Position numbers and translations under genes: made by a program. A stretch of DNA of 64,000 nt, from the NCBI RefSeq assembly GCF_009914755.1, contig NC_060925.1; one strand, written 5' to 3'. This document shows, one piece after another, positions 26,712 to 39,930 of this stretch; positions within the stretch are counted from its first letter, which is position 1, and each line of letters starts with the position of its first letter. Source of the DNA: the human T2T-CHM13v2.0 reference genome, Homo sapiens. Below the pieces are notes generated by a model that saw only the letters and a list, made by a program, of their open reading frames with translations, ran no database searches and had not been told where the DNA came from.

Positions 26712-29684
26712 GTAAGAAGGCCCGTAGCCGTGCAGCTTTCCCGGGCTGGAGCGGGCGCTCCCCGCGCGCTCTCTCTCCCCACCCGGCCGACAGGTCTCTT
26801 TGCCCGACGGGGTCGGGCGGAGAGAGGGCCGACCGCGACTGCCGTGGGACTTCAATGTCAGGGTGTCCGCGAGTCCCCGCCACGACGGCGTCGGTCCCAG
26901 CTGGCCTGTCCGGCGACCTCGCTCCACCCCGGGAGTGCGAATTCTTCTGTGCCCGCGGGCGAACCGGCGCCCAGCCAGCACTCAGGCAGCGGCCTCCAGT
27001 TGGGGGTGGGAGGGGGACGCGGTGTGTCCCCCACCCCCTTCCCTACATCACCCCCTTCTGTGTCAACTTTCTGGGTGTGTTCTGGTTTTGCCATCTCATC
27101 TTCAGACCGTGAAGGATTTGTTTTGGGGACGTGGATGTGTGATTGAGGATGGGGATTGGATTCGCCAGGCTGGAGGCTGGTGTCTAAGTCACTTGGACGA
27201 GGTTTGGCTCGATTCCCGACTAACTGCTATTGAAAGTCGCGAGGGTGGCTTCTATGAAACTATTCCCGGTCCACTTGGCAGGATTGCCGTCTAAAGTGGT
27301 GAGCCCTTGGAGTCGGTGAACCCTTTGGTCGGTGAACATTTGGTCGGTGGCATTTCATCCGGAAAGGCTGGATCGGTTCTGTCGGACTTAGAGGGAAATG
27401 TTTTCCTTCCTGGGCTCTGTAGGTGAAAGATGAGAGTGTGGTTTAGGTGAGGATCAAGCTCCTTTTTAATGACACGCCACTGCTTCCACCGCGGGAGAAT
27501 TTCAGTGCTTAGATTTAACTTTGGGAGGTTATCAGTTCAGAAAAAGTAAAAAAGAGAGAGCTGAATTACGGTTGCGACATACAGGTATGTATGTCACATA
27601 CATGCAATTTTTATTTGCTGGACAAGTGAAAGAGAAAAGGCTACTTCCCAAGCGTTCTTGCCAGTCATTGAATATTTCGTATTAAATCTTGACATACTAC
27701 TTTCATGAATTTTATTTCATTCATTCCTCTGAGCAGGTACTGTTGCCTCCCGTGTTTGATTTGCCTACAATATCTAATTAGTAGTAAAATTTGGGCTAAA
27801 ACACAAATAGACTTCTAGTTTATAGTACCCTTTCCATTAAGTTCTTTCTAGCCGCCTTCTGTTTTTATCTTACTAGAGTCTGAAGTGATGATCTTTCTTT
27901 TCCTTCCTAAATCCATTTAACAGAGTTGAAAATGATTTGCAGCATAGTCTGGGCAATAACAGCGCTTACTCATTTTTCTTCTATTCAGTTTGCTTTTAAA
28001 AGGATTAATTTGGGAAAATAAAAAGCAAGTTTTTCTGTTGGTTTGTATGAACTCCCAGTTGCAAATAGAAGTTACCTGTTACCTGGGAACATGCCAGTAG
28101 AAAGAAGATGTTAGGTCCTTTAACTTGAATTCTGTTTTTGCAAAGAAGTGTTTCAGGGCATAGAACAGGTGTTTTAATATGGAGGAGGGGACTCGAGGAC
28201 AGCCCTACAAGTTCTGGATTACTTTTATGATTATATGTATATGTGATATAGTATCACATACATGCCACATACATATAGTACACATAGAGCTTGAAGAATT
28301 TTTACAAGTAGAACACACTCGTGTAATCAGCACCCAGATCAAGAAACAGAACATTATCAGCACCCCAGAAATTCTCCTCATGCCCCCATCCAGTCACAGT
28401 CCACCTAACTACTAAACCAGTTTGTAAGACCATAGATTATTGCTAAGGGAAATTTTAAACAGAATCTATTGGGAAATAGTAGCGATAGAAGTAAAATAAT
28501 GTAATAGAATTTGTCTTATTAAATAATTTTAGCTCCTCATTTGCCATTGTAAAATGCCTAAAAAAATTTTTTTTTGAGAAACTTTGTGAGCTTTTGTGGG
28601 GATTAAATTCTTTAGCAGGAGATGTACTGAACAAAAGATTATTATTAGTCTTTTGCATTGGGATGAGTGGGGAAAATCTCTATTTTACACAGTATTTTGT
28701 TGGAGGAGATTGCAGATTCTGAGCAGATAATCATGAAGTTTAAATTGTTGAGGTGAAATGATTGAACTATTTTGAAACCATTAAAAATGGTATTGAGTGT
28801 ATTTTTGTAGATATTGTACTTCCAGAAGCTTACAAATATCTTTTAGTCACCACCTTTGGTATCACAGTTTGAAGATTAGAAGATTCTAACTTTATATTTG
28901 AGTGGGCTTTTGAATATCTTTGGTAACAGAACTGATTAATTTTAATATCTGGTGCTTAATTAAGGAAACTGTGGCTACTTGGCCTTCTTTTGTCTATGTT
29001 GTTAATAGTAGGTTGGTTTTAGAATATATATTCCCTTAGAATTGGATAGGTAATAGAGCTAGTAAAATCACTTTAAAAGTTACAGTGTAACATTATTCCA
29101 AACATTGGGAGAATGAGTAATTAAATGTTCTGGGTTACTTTTAATTTTTGTTAATGTAATTTTTTTCACTCAGTTAAATCTCATATATATGTGTGTGTGT
29201 TTCTGACCTTTTATTGTGGAAAATTTCACACATATAAAAAATAAATAGAATAATACAAGGATTGCCCAATGCACTTTACCCAAGGAGTACCAACAACATT
29301 CTATATTCTTGTTTCATCTATTTCAACCTGCCTGTCACCCCTTATTTTTATAGGTTTTTTAGGTAAAATTTATATACATTGAAATGTACAAATATTAGTT
29401 GTACATTTTTTAAACAAATGGATACACTATGTAACACATCCCTATGACAAATTAGAACATTTCTATCCCACCAGAAAGTTCCTTTGTATTCATTCCTGAT
29501 CAGCTTGTATTCACTCCTGATTCCAGCACTGCTAAGCTAACTTTTTCACCTTAGTTTGCCTAATCTTACCTTTTATTTTATTATTTATGGGGAAAAGAAG
29601 AATCTTTTTACTCATGGATAAAGAGGGCTATTTAAAGGAAGTGTCTATTTCAGAATGTTATATTACTGTACTGGGAGCTATAAG

Positions 29685-29685
<1 letters not shown>

Positions 29686-29722
<37 letters not shown>
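29686..29722. repeat. (TG)~18 microsatellite
   Basis: Read directly. Confidence 0.97.
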
Positions 29723-29724
<2 letters not shown>

Positions 29725-30308
29725 TACAAAAATATATGACTTGTTTTCTCAGGGAGCTTACCTTCTTGTTAGGGAAAAGAAACTTAAACACTGATAGCAG
29801 AATGAAATGTACAGATAGACATGTCTTAGAAGTTTTGAGAAAGACAAGATTAATGTGTTTGGGAAGGGTTGGGGAAGGCTTCATGAAGGATGTGTGTTAA
29901 GCCTAGAAAGGGGGTAGGAGTGGATAACTGGAATAAAGTGACTGTTACAGCATCCTTTATCAGATTTTTGTTGCATTTATGTTAGAAAGAAACTTTGTGG
30001 TGCCCTTTCAATCCATCTTCCACTGCCACCAGAGCTCTTTTTAAGAAGCTCAGATATGATCATAATATTCCTTCATTAAAATCATTAATCTACTCTAAAA
30101 TACAAACTTTCTGTATTCATGGTGTGGTCCTTCCCTACTTTTCCCACTCATCCAACCATAAGTGCTGGGATTACAGGCATGAGCCAACTTGCCCAGCTGA
30201 TACTTCTTTTTCTTCAAGACTCAGTCAACACTTTGTCTTAGGTGTTTTCTGTCTTTTTCTGATTTCCAAACTGATGTAAGTGTCCTCTGCTTTTATGATA
30301 CTGTAGGC

Positions 30309-30636
30309 CAGGGGTCCCCAACCCCCGGGCTGTGGACTGGTACAGGTTGGTGGCCTGTTAGGACCCAGCTGCACAGCCTGTGCAAGCGAGCATTACCACT
30401 TGAGCTCCGCCTCCTGTCAGATCAGCAGGGGCATTAGATTCTCATAGGAGCGTGAACCTGTTGTAAACTGCACATGTGAGGGATCTAGGTTGCACACTTC
30501 TTATGAGAATCTAATGCCTGATGATGTGAGGCAAAACAGTTTCATCCTGAAACCATCCCCCAACTCAACCCCAATTTGTGGAAAAATCGTGTTCCGCAAA
30601 ACTGGTCCTTGGTGCCAAAAAGGTTGGAGACTACTG
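30309..30636 (+). mobile_element. MER1B hAT-Charlie MITE
   Basis: TIRs CAGGGGTCCCCAACC ... GGTTGGAGACTACTG, internal gcattagattctcataggagc, 8-bp TSD ctgtaggc/ctctaggt. Confidence 0.9.
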
Positions 30637-32544
30637 CTCTAGGTATCCCCTACTCTAGCACTTACCATTCTGTATTGTACTAGTTTGTTTTCTTGGCTTT
30701 TGCCTACATCAGATCCTGAGTTTCTTGAGGGCATGAACTGAGTCATCTTTAATTCCCTAGTTCGGCTCTGTCATGGGTTAGACAGTGTTTATAGAGAGGA
30801 TAAATGACATAGGATAGTTGAAGAACTTTTAAGCGTAATTGACAGGCATTTGGAGATGCCTAGTACAAACATGAATAGAAACATTCTTTTTGCAGAAGTA
30901 ATAGTTGTGTACCTGAGCATATATAACCTGACCTGGGTAGTGGGAAATCAGTGGGCCAATTTTAGAAGGCAGGGAATGGTACCAGTCTGTATAGCCATAG
31001 TATTTTATTATCTTTAAAAAACAGAACAGAACAAAGCAGTTTCTTTCGCTTCTTATCAATGCTTGTCAAATAGAGTTCGGATTTCTCATCTTGGATTTCA
31101 GAGCCTCCCTCAATCTGGTCTTACTTTACCTGGCTAATCTTATATGCCATTGCCTGCCAATGGGTACTCTCTGTTCCAAATAGGACAGTTTCTACACTGT
31201 TCTTTGAACAGGCCACACTCATTTTTGGCTTTGGAGCTTTATTCATGCTGTTACTCATACCTAGAATATCTTTCTATGATATCCCTGTTCTCCAACTCTT
31301 GTCATCCTTGAAGGGTTAGGTCAGGGTCACCCTATCCATGAAGTGTTATTTAACTACTCCAGATGATCTAAATGATGATCACCTCTTTTAAAATTTCTGA
31401 AGCATGCATTTAAATACCTTTATTGTTTTATCTATTCATTGCTTGACTGGTTATAATCTAGCTAGGTCTACCAAAGTCCACCTGCTTATGGGGTGAGTTT
31501 CCTGCTTTTAAAAGCCCCCCTCTGTAAATGGTGGGAACACAGTTTCCTCTCCTAAATATTTCTCAGGAATTTCAGGGAGCTTGTGTTTCTTTTAGTGACA
31601 TCTTACTTCGCTTCCTTTGGAGCACTTTCTGCTCTATTTTAGAAGGTACTTACATCTTGTCTCTTGAGCCTGTCTCTTTGGCGTCTGCCTTGATTTCTCT
31701 AAAGAATCAATCACAAAGCAGATATTTATAGTAGGGCTTTATTGAAAATTTGGGAGGAGTGGTAGGGATTATATCCCAGCATAGTGAACAGCTTAAAATG
31801 CTTTTATTTAGAAGTTTTTTGGACATTCCCACTGCTGGAAATTTCTTGACTTTTTTTTTTGTCCTGAGTCTCAGCCCTGTTGCCTGCTGCTGGGCCTTTC
31901 TTTACCCATTGGGTGTCCTTATATCTCCAGCTTCTTACTCCCTGCACTACGTTACTGCTAACCCCTCTACAACTTTCCTGCAAACTTCGAAATTCAGCTT
32001 TCCTTCCTTAAATCTGCCCCATTCAAATCAAGCTCTAGAAGGGGCTGGCTTCACTTTTCTCAGTTTCACAGGCGCACTGGGTGTTTTGCAAAGTGCAAGC
32101 ATGAATCATGTGAGGGGCTAGAGCGGCTTGAGACCCTTACAGTTACCCATGAGTAGATGTTATATGGCCCCGTTTGGATCCTCAAAATAAAAAAGAGATG
32201 CTTAAGCAACCTTGGATGGAAAAAAAAGCATTGAAGAATTTGCCAGCCAAAGTAGCTGTGTACTGAACCCAACTGAGGCAGATCAGGCCCAGAGCAGTGT
32301 TCTGAGAACTGTGTAGCTGTCTGTGGTCTGCTAGGGGGAACTGAGTACAGATTGTTTAATTAATTATATGTCCCAGTTACTGGCACATTCACATCCTTGG
32401 GTAGGCATTCTATTTCAAGGCTTTTGCTCTTGCTGTTTCCCCTGCCTGAAGTGCTCTTTCCTCAGATACTCACATTGCTTACTCTCCCCACTCTTTCAGT
32501 CTTTTTTCAGACATCCTTTTAGTGAGACCTTCTATTGCCATTCG

Positions 32545-32848
32545 ATTTATTTTTATTTATTTATTTATTTTGAGACGGGGTCTCACTCTCTCACCCATGC
32601 TGGAGTGTAATGGCACCATCTTGGATCATTGCAACCTTTGCCACCCAGGCTCAAACAGTCCTCCTACCTCAGCCTCCCAAGTAGCTAGGACTACAGCCAC
32701 ACGTCACCACACCTGGCTAATATTTTTTGTAGAGACAAGGTCACGTTATGTTGCCCAGGCTGGTCTCGAACTCCTAGGCTCAAGCGATTCTCCCACCTCA
32801 GACTCCCAAAGTGCTGGGATTACAGGCAAGAGCCACTGTGCCTGGCCC
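32545..32848 (-). mobile_element. Alu (AluJ-type) within an L2-like fragment
   Basis: Diverged antisense Alu with (TTTA)n tail. Confidence 0.92.
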
Positions 32849-33964
32849 CTGCCACTCAAAATAGCATCCTGTCTACCTTCCAGACTTTACTTTTCTCCTT
32901 AGCACTTATCACTATAAAATATGCTATATATTTTACATATTTATCTTGTCTGTTGTATATGTTTGCAGTATATACATACTGCTAGCATTTAATTTCCACA
33001 AAGGCAAGAATTTTTGTCTATTTTATTCACAGTTATAGCCCCAGTGGCTAGAACTGTGGCTGGAATATATAGTAGACACTCATATTTGTTTGACTCTACA
33101 ACAACAAATGAGATTCTCATTTTTTGGGGGCTGTGGTTACTATTGTTTTAAATAACACATTCTTTTTGCTACAAATGTAAATGTTGTCTTTAGTATATTT
33201 ATGAGCTCTTTAGGAGCTGGACCACTTATACCCCCTATATGTACAGGTAAAGCAAGTCTCAGAAACTTAAAAAAATGCTATCATCACCTGCTTTTGACAG
33301 TTTAATAGAGTGTAAACATTAAAGACAATTTAAGAAAATTAAAAATCATCCATAATGTTATAACCATAATACAAATATTGTTTTATTTTTGTTTCCTTTT
33401 ATTCTGTATTTATGTGCATTTTTACAGTTATAACGTACATGTTTTGTTATTTTCATTTAAAGCATACCTCTTTCCTATATTTCCCTATACATGACCTTCA
33501 TAACTATACTTTTAAAGAAATACGTAAATATTCCTCTGTGTGACAATATCTTAGTTTATTTTCCTGTTAGCTATTGAGGATCTAGACTGTCTCTGGAATT
33601 TTTATGGATTATACTGGTGTATTTTTGCAAGTGAACATTTTCATCTCTGCTGAATAACTTCCTTGGAATAAATTGCCAGAAGTAGGATTAATGAATGGAG
33701 GCTTATGAATTTCCTTAGTGTTTGTGGAAACTGTGGGCATTCTTAAACTACACAGGTTGATGTATTACTTTTCATGAGTTGTGCCAATTTGCAGTACTAT
33801 GAATGAATGCTGACTTAATTACCTACTCATCATTAGGGGATATTTAAATTTTTTTCTACTTTACGGATGCAAAATAGTCTTGAAAGATTATTTTAATTTG
33901 CACGTATTTTATAATTTGCAAAAATGAACATTTTTTTGTGCAGCTACTTGATCTTTATTATGGA

Positions 33965-34170
33965 GGTAGTTTGGCATAGTGTTAAAGAATAGTCTTTAGA
34001 GTCAGATGTAGGTTCAATTTTTCCTTTGGCCGTTTGTCAGATCTGTGACCTTGGTCAATTTACTTAACCTCTTTGAACCTCAGTAGAACAGGGATAGTAG
34101 TATTTACTCACTCACTCAGCAGTTAAGTGAGGATTAATGGAGAAAACGTTTTAACCCAGTGCTCAGTAAA
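33965..34170 (+). mobile_element. MIR SINE
   Basis: tgtgaccttggtcaatttacttaacctctttgaacctcagt. Confidence 0.75.
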
Positions 34171-34679
34171 TAAAAGGTAGCTCTCATTTCTATGCTTGCT
34201 AAAAGAAAACTAAAAGGACAACAAAACATACCTTTGTTAGCTTCTTAAAAACTCCCGAGCCTTCCTAATTTCCTCAGATACACCCATGAAAATCTCCCAA
34301 AGGAAGCCTTTTTCAATTGATAGAATCATTTACTTTCAGAGTTGGAAAGTATCTTAAGTTAGTTTTATGTGACATGGTTTTAGGTTTCTGTATTTTTTCA
34401 GTTGCTGCTTCCTGAATATGACAGTCTTTATTTCTCCACCTTTTAAAGAGGCATTGCTAAATGGAATTCGGCATTCAAAGTGTCTTCTCACTGGCACACT
34501 AGCAGAGAACTGTGACCTACCTTGTCCTAAGCTTTCATTAAAGATCCTAAGATGTTAAGCTTTCATTAAAATAGCATGAAGTTACATTCATTTTTATGAC
34601 TCTCAAATATTTTTCACTTGTATTTAGCTTTCACAATGGTTTTCCCTTCTTTCCCCCTCCTCACCTTGATGTGTTTGAT

Positions 34680-34976
34680 TTTTTTTTTTTTGAGATGGAG
34701 TCCTGCTCTGTCACCCAGGCTGGAGTGCAGTGGTGCAATTTTGGCTTACCGCAACCTCCGACTCCCGGGTTCAAGTGATTATCTTGCCTCACCCTCCCGA
34801 GTAGCTGGGATTACAGGCACCCGCCACCACACCCAGCTAATTTTTTTGTATTTTTAGGAGAAATGGGGTTTCGCCATGTTGGCCAGGCTGGTCTTGAACT
34901 CCTGACCTCAGGTGATCTGCCTACCTCGGCCTCCCAAAGTGCTGGGATTACAGGTGAGAGCTACCGCGCCCAGCCT
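34680..34976 (-). mobile_element. Alu (AluS-type)
   Basis: Antisense dimeric Alu. Confidence 0.95.
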
Positions 34977-36659
34977 GAATTTTTTTTTTTTTTTTTTTTT
35001 AAACCTGGGTGCAGGTCTTTATACTTATTTTTGGTTGGGCACATTACTTCTTCCCTCTGAAACTTTTTGATCTGCACAATTAATTACTATTCCTTCTGTA
35101 TGTTTTCCTAACAAACTTAAAAAACTGATTGGACAGGACTGAGTATAGAACAGTATGTTTACACCACTATAATCTTTCTATTAATTGACACCCTTTGGTT
35201 ATTGTATTGGCTCTCATTTTTAACTTACCAGCATCTTTTCACACATTTCCTTCTGGTAGTAGACCTGGCATTCTGACAGTATCCATAACCTGATGCATAC
35301 TGGGCCAGAGTCCTCTTTTGGGATGTTTCTGCTGGAGCTGGTGTGGGGAAGGGTCTTTCTTTCCTGTCACAGAGGTGTGAAGGTAGACCCTAGAACTGTA
35401 TTAGCCTTGGTCTCTTACATGGAAAGGGCAGAAACCCTGATTTTGTTTATCATCAAATGCTTTGTAGCATAGTGAACAAAATTTACAAAAATTTCGTGGT
35501 CCCTTTCAAAGAAAAGAATGACCTTAGTCTGACATAGTTTTTTGGTGAATTCATATTTTCTCCTAAAAGTTACCACTTCCTTCTAAGTACCCATGCCATA
35601 CTGCCCATTTAGATAAGTAAGTTGTAACTTTTTTCCTAGGATCAACATCACACTCATCCATGACCTGATGAATATCACCTTCTAATCTGTTTCAGTGTAA
35701 TATGAACTTGAATTATGAAGGAGAAAGATAGGATCTTCCTACATTTTCTTTGGAATTTTATCTGCTAAATTAAGTAAAATTTTACGGGAAATGGTATTTC
35801 ACTATGTTGACCAGGCTAGTCTCGAATTTCTGGTCTCCAAGCGATCGCCTGCCTTGTTCTCCCAAAAGTATCAGGATTACAGGCATGAGCCACTGTGCTC
35901 GACCCTATTAGTTCTTTTGGAAAGATTTTTATGTAACTGTTGTTTAAAATGGCATTTATATTATTTCTACATAAAATTAGGCATCAGGCCCTTGCTTAAA
36001 AACATGGCTTTCATCATAACATTCTTTTTAAGAGTAAGTCACTTTTGTTTTAGGCATCTCTGTCAAGAATATAGCCTTCTATAAAGTTAAGGATAAAATT
36101 CTTTGGATAACTGCTATTTATGTAATACAGTGGAACTATTATAAATATTAAGATGGTTTGAAGCCTTCTTAGGTAAAATAGGAGTATGCTAAAAGGTGTT
36201 TTGTTTTTTTTTTTATTTTTTATTTTTTTGCCACAAGATTGAGAAATGGAAAAGTGTTTTTTTAAACACACCTTTCTTATCAGTTTGCTAGATTAGCAGG
36301 CCCGAGTGAATGCAGTTAAGTTAATAAAGTATAAAATTGAAAATAAAGCTCATCAAAGCATAATCAGCTAGTTTGATATCTGTAAATAGATGTAGCCGTC
36401 TCACCACTATAATGGTACTATAATAATTGACATAAAAGTGGATTATATGATTTACTCTATGCTTAAATTATTTGGACTTTAATATTTTATTAATACATTT
36501 ATTGGCATTAAAAAGCACTGTGTAGAATGAGGCAACTGCTCTAGGTAAATAATAATTTAGTCAACATGTTATGTTTATAATGTATCATTGCATGTCACTA
36601 TTTTAAAAATATTTATACAGCTTCTTAAATGTATGAAGTAAGCAATGTGAGACATAGTA

Positions 36660-38868
36660 CGATATGGTTTGGCTGTGTTGTAGGAGGGACTGGTGGGAGG
36701 TAATTGAATCATGGGGGCAGGTCTTTCCCATGCTGTTCTCGTGATAGTGAACGGTTTTTTAAAGAGGAGTTCTCCTGTACAAGCTCTTTTTGCCTGCCGC
36801 CATCCACATAAGATGTGACTTGCTCCTCTTTGCCTTCCACCAGCATTGTGAGGCCTCCTCAGCCATGTGGAACTGTGAGTCCAATTGAACCTTTTTTTTT
36901 TGTAAAGTGCCCAGTCTCGGGTATGTCTTTATCAGCAGGATGAAAACAGACTAATACAGCAAATTAGTACAAGTAGAGTGGGGCATTGCTCAAAAGATAC
37001 CTGAAAATGTGGAAGTGACTTTGAAACTGGGTAACAGGCAGAGGTTGGAACAATTTGGATGGCTCAGAAGAAGATAGGAAAATGTGGGAAATTTGGAACT
37101 CCCTAGAGACTTGCTGAATGGCTTTGACAAAAATGCTGATAGTGATATGAGCAATAAGGTCCAGGCTGAGGTAGTCTCAGATGGAGATGAGGAACTTGTT
37201 GGGAACTGGAGCAAAGGTGACTCTTGTTATGTTTTAGCAAACAGACTGTCAGCATTTTGACCCTGCCTTAGAGATTTGTGGAACTTTGAACTTGAGAGAG
37301 GTGATTAGGGTGTTTGGCGGAAGAAATTTCTAAGCAGCAAAGCATTCAAGAGGTGGCTTGGGTGCTGTTAAAGGCATTCAGTTTTATAAGGGAAGCAGAG
37401 CATATAAGTTCAGAAAATTTGCAGCCTGACAATACCACAGAAAAGAAAAACCCATTTTCTGAGGGGAAATGCAAGCCAGCTGCAGAAATTTGCATCAGTA
37501 ACAAGGAGCCAAAAGTTACTCATCAAGACAATGGGGAAAATGTCTCCAGGGCATATCAGAGACCTTTGTGGCAGCCGCTCCCATCACAGACCTGGAGGTT
37601 TAGGAGGAAAAATTGGTTTCATGGGTCCGTCCCAGTGTCCCTTTGCTGTGTGCAGTCTAGGGACTTGGTGCCCTGCATCCCAGCCACTTCAGCTGTGACT
37701 AAAAGGGGCCAAGGTATATCTCAGGCTGTGGCTTCAGAGGGTGTAAGCCCCAAGCCTTGGCAGCTTCTATGTGGTGTTGAGCCTGCGAGTGCACAGAAGT
37801 CAAGAATTGGGGTTTGGGAACCTCTGCCTAGATTTCAGAGGATGTATGGAAATGCCTGGATGCCCATGCAGAAGTTTGCTGCAGGGATGGGGCCCACATG
37901 GAGAACCTCTGCTAGGGCAGTGTGGAAAGGAAATGTGAGGTTGGAGCCCCCACACAGAATCCCTGCTGGGGCACCACCTAGTGGAGCCATGAGAAGAGGG
38001 CCACTGTCCTCCAGACCCCAGAAGGGTAGATCCACCAGCAGCTTGCACTGTGCGCCTGGAAAAACTGCAAACATTCAATGCCAGCCCGTGAAAGCAGCCA
38101 GGAGGGAGGCTGTACCCTGCAAAGCCACAGGGGCAGAGCTGCCCAAGACCATGGGAACCCACCTCTTGCATCAGTGTGACCTGTATGTGAGACATGGAGT
38201 CAGAGGAGATAATTTTAGAGCTTTAAGATTTGATGGCACTGCCAGATTCTGAACTTGTGTGGGGCCTGCAGCCCCTTTGTTTTGACCAATTTCTCCCATT
38301 TGGAATGGCTGTATTTACCCAATGCCTGTACCCTCACTGTATCTAGGAAGTAACTAACTTGCTTTTGATTTTACAGGCTCGTGGGCAGGTCTCAGATGAG
38401 ACTTTGGACTGTGGACTTTTGAGTTAATGCTGAAATGAATTAAGACCTTGGGGGACTGTTGGGAAGGCATGACTGGTTTTGAAATGTGAGGACATGAGAT
38501 TTGGGAGGGACTGGGGCAGAATGATATGGTTTGGCTGTGTCCCCCTAAATCTCATCTTGAATTCCCAGTGTTGTAGGAGGGACAGGTGGGAGGTAATTGA
38601 ATCATGGGGGCAGGTCTTTCCTGTGCTGTTCTAGTGATAGTGAATAAGTCTCATGCGATCTGATACTTTTATAAAGAGAAGTTCCCCTGCACAAGCTGTT
38701 TTTGTCTGCCACCCTCCACGTAAGGTGTGACTTACTCCTCCTTGCCTTGCACCATGATTGTGAGGCCTCCCCAGCCATGTGGAACTGTGAGTCCAGTTAA
38801 ACCTCTTTCTTTTTTAGATTGTCCAGTCTTAGGTATGTTTTTATCAGCAGTGTGAAAACAGACTAACA
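36660..38868 (+). mobile_element. Full-structure THE1 (THE1B-like) MaLR: LTR 36660-36958, internal 36959-38521, LTR 38522-38868
   Basis: Both LTRs start (T/C)GATATGGTTTGGCTGTGT and end GAAAACAGACTAA(TA)CA. Internal region begins with ...AGTAGAGTGGGGCATTGCT and ends in a purine tract before the 3' LTR. Confidence 0.93.
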
Positions 38869-39709
38869 TGGTGTCTCAGAGGATAAGGACAACAATTCTG
38901 TAAATTTTTGTTAATTTAGTGAGTAGGCCTACATGTAAAAAAGCTGTTTTAAAATTAAATATGACTTTAATTTTAAAAATTAAACATTTTTGCATTATCA
39001 AAGTTAAATATACACCATGGAAATTTGAATAACTAGAAGAAGGGAGAAAACACCTTTTCTAACGTTTATCATTAGTGTCATATTTTATTGATTCTAAGAT
39101 GCACTTTTTTTACATTTTAGCATCTCTGTTCACATTTTAACTTCTCTGAAATTTGGATGCAACTTACAATGATGGCATTTAGCTAAAATCATATTAGCAT
39201 ATTGGTGCATTTCCTTTTTACTATGCATACTTTTATCTTGCCTATAAAAATACTGCATATCAGCTTGCATGAAAGTCAAACTTCTGACTATAAATTCATT
39301 GTTGTTGCCATTCTTTAGTTTATCTTGGAGGTGTGGCTAAAAAAGGTAAAAATATGCGAAAAAGAAGAATTTGAGATAAAATCAGATTTTTTCCTCTTTC
39401 CAGAATGAGGGCTGGAGGAAGTAGCTTGGCCTGAGATAGGCAGGTAGAAATCAATCAACTACTCAAAAACAAAGAACCCAAAGATCATGCCACCAAGTCA
39501 AAGTCGAGTGCTTGCTATGTACCAGATGCTGGGTTTTCAGATGTTAAGCTAAAAAGTAAATTAGACAAGAGTTTTGCTGTTAAGAAACTCATAGACTATT
39601 GAAAGAGAGAATGTTGTATCTTGACATTTTATATGAAATTTCTAGTTCAAAAAAAACCAACAAACATTCCCTGATAATATTTTATTTAAAATATGGTTTG
39701 TTGTTGCTT

Positions 39710-39930
39710 TTTGAGACAGACTCACTCTGTGGCCTGGGCTGGAGTACATGGTGCCATCATGGCTCACTGCAGCCTTGACTTCCTGGGCTCAATTGATCCT
39801 CCCACCTCAGCCTCCTGAGTAGCTGGGACTATAGGTGTGCACCACCATGCCTGGCTAATTTTTAATTTTTTTGTAGAGATAGGGTCCCAAAGTGTTAGGA
39901 CGATATAGGCGTGAACCACCATGCCTGGAC
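39710..39930 (-). mobile_element. Alu (AluJ-type) with internal deletion
   Basis: Left arm jumps from gtagagatagggt to cccaaagtg. Confidence 0.88.

Larger units (their letters stand above)
26090..27020 (+). promoter_or_regulatory. ABCD3: CpG island and TATA-less promoter of ABCD3
   Basis: Abrupt GC- and CpG-rich segment around exon 1. GC box GGCCCCGCCC 26491-26500, NRF1-like CGCGCGTGCGCA 26351-26362, ETS-like TTCCGG ~26328, DR1-like GGGCCAAAGTACA 26417-26429. Confidence 0.92.

Noticed and set aside
26651-27294. Overlapping ORFs of 78-164 aa at the start of intron 1
   Set aside because: Stop-poor GC-rich sequence past the splice donor, mostly non-ATG starts, no recognisable protein similarity
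27306-27349. CRISPR-like repeat array
   Set aside because: Only three short adjacent units, no unique spacers, no cas genes, eukaryotic context
38766-38779. Possible PRDM9 hotspot motif in the THE1 LTRs
   Set aside because: The LTRs read CCTCCCCAGCCAT and CCTCCTCAGCCAT, not the hotspot-associated CCTCCCTAGCCAC version
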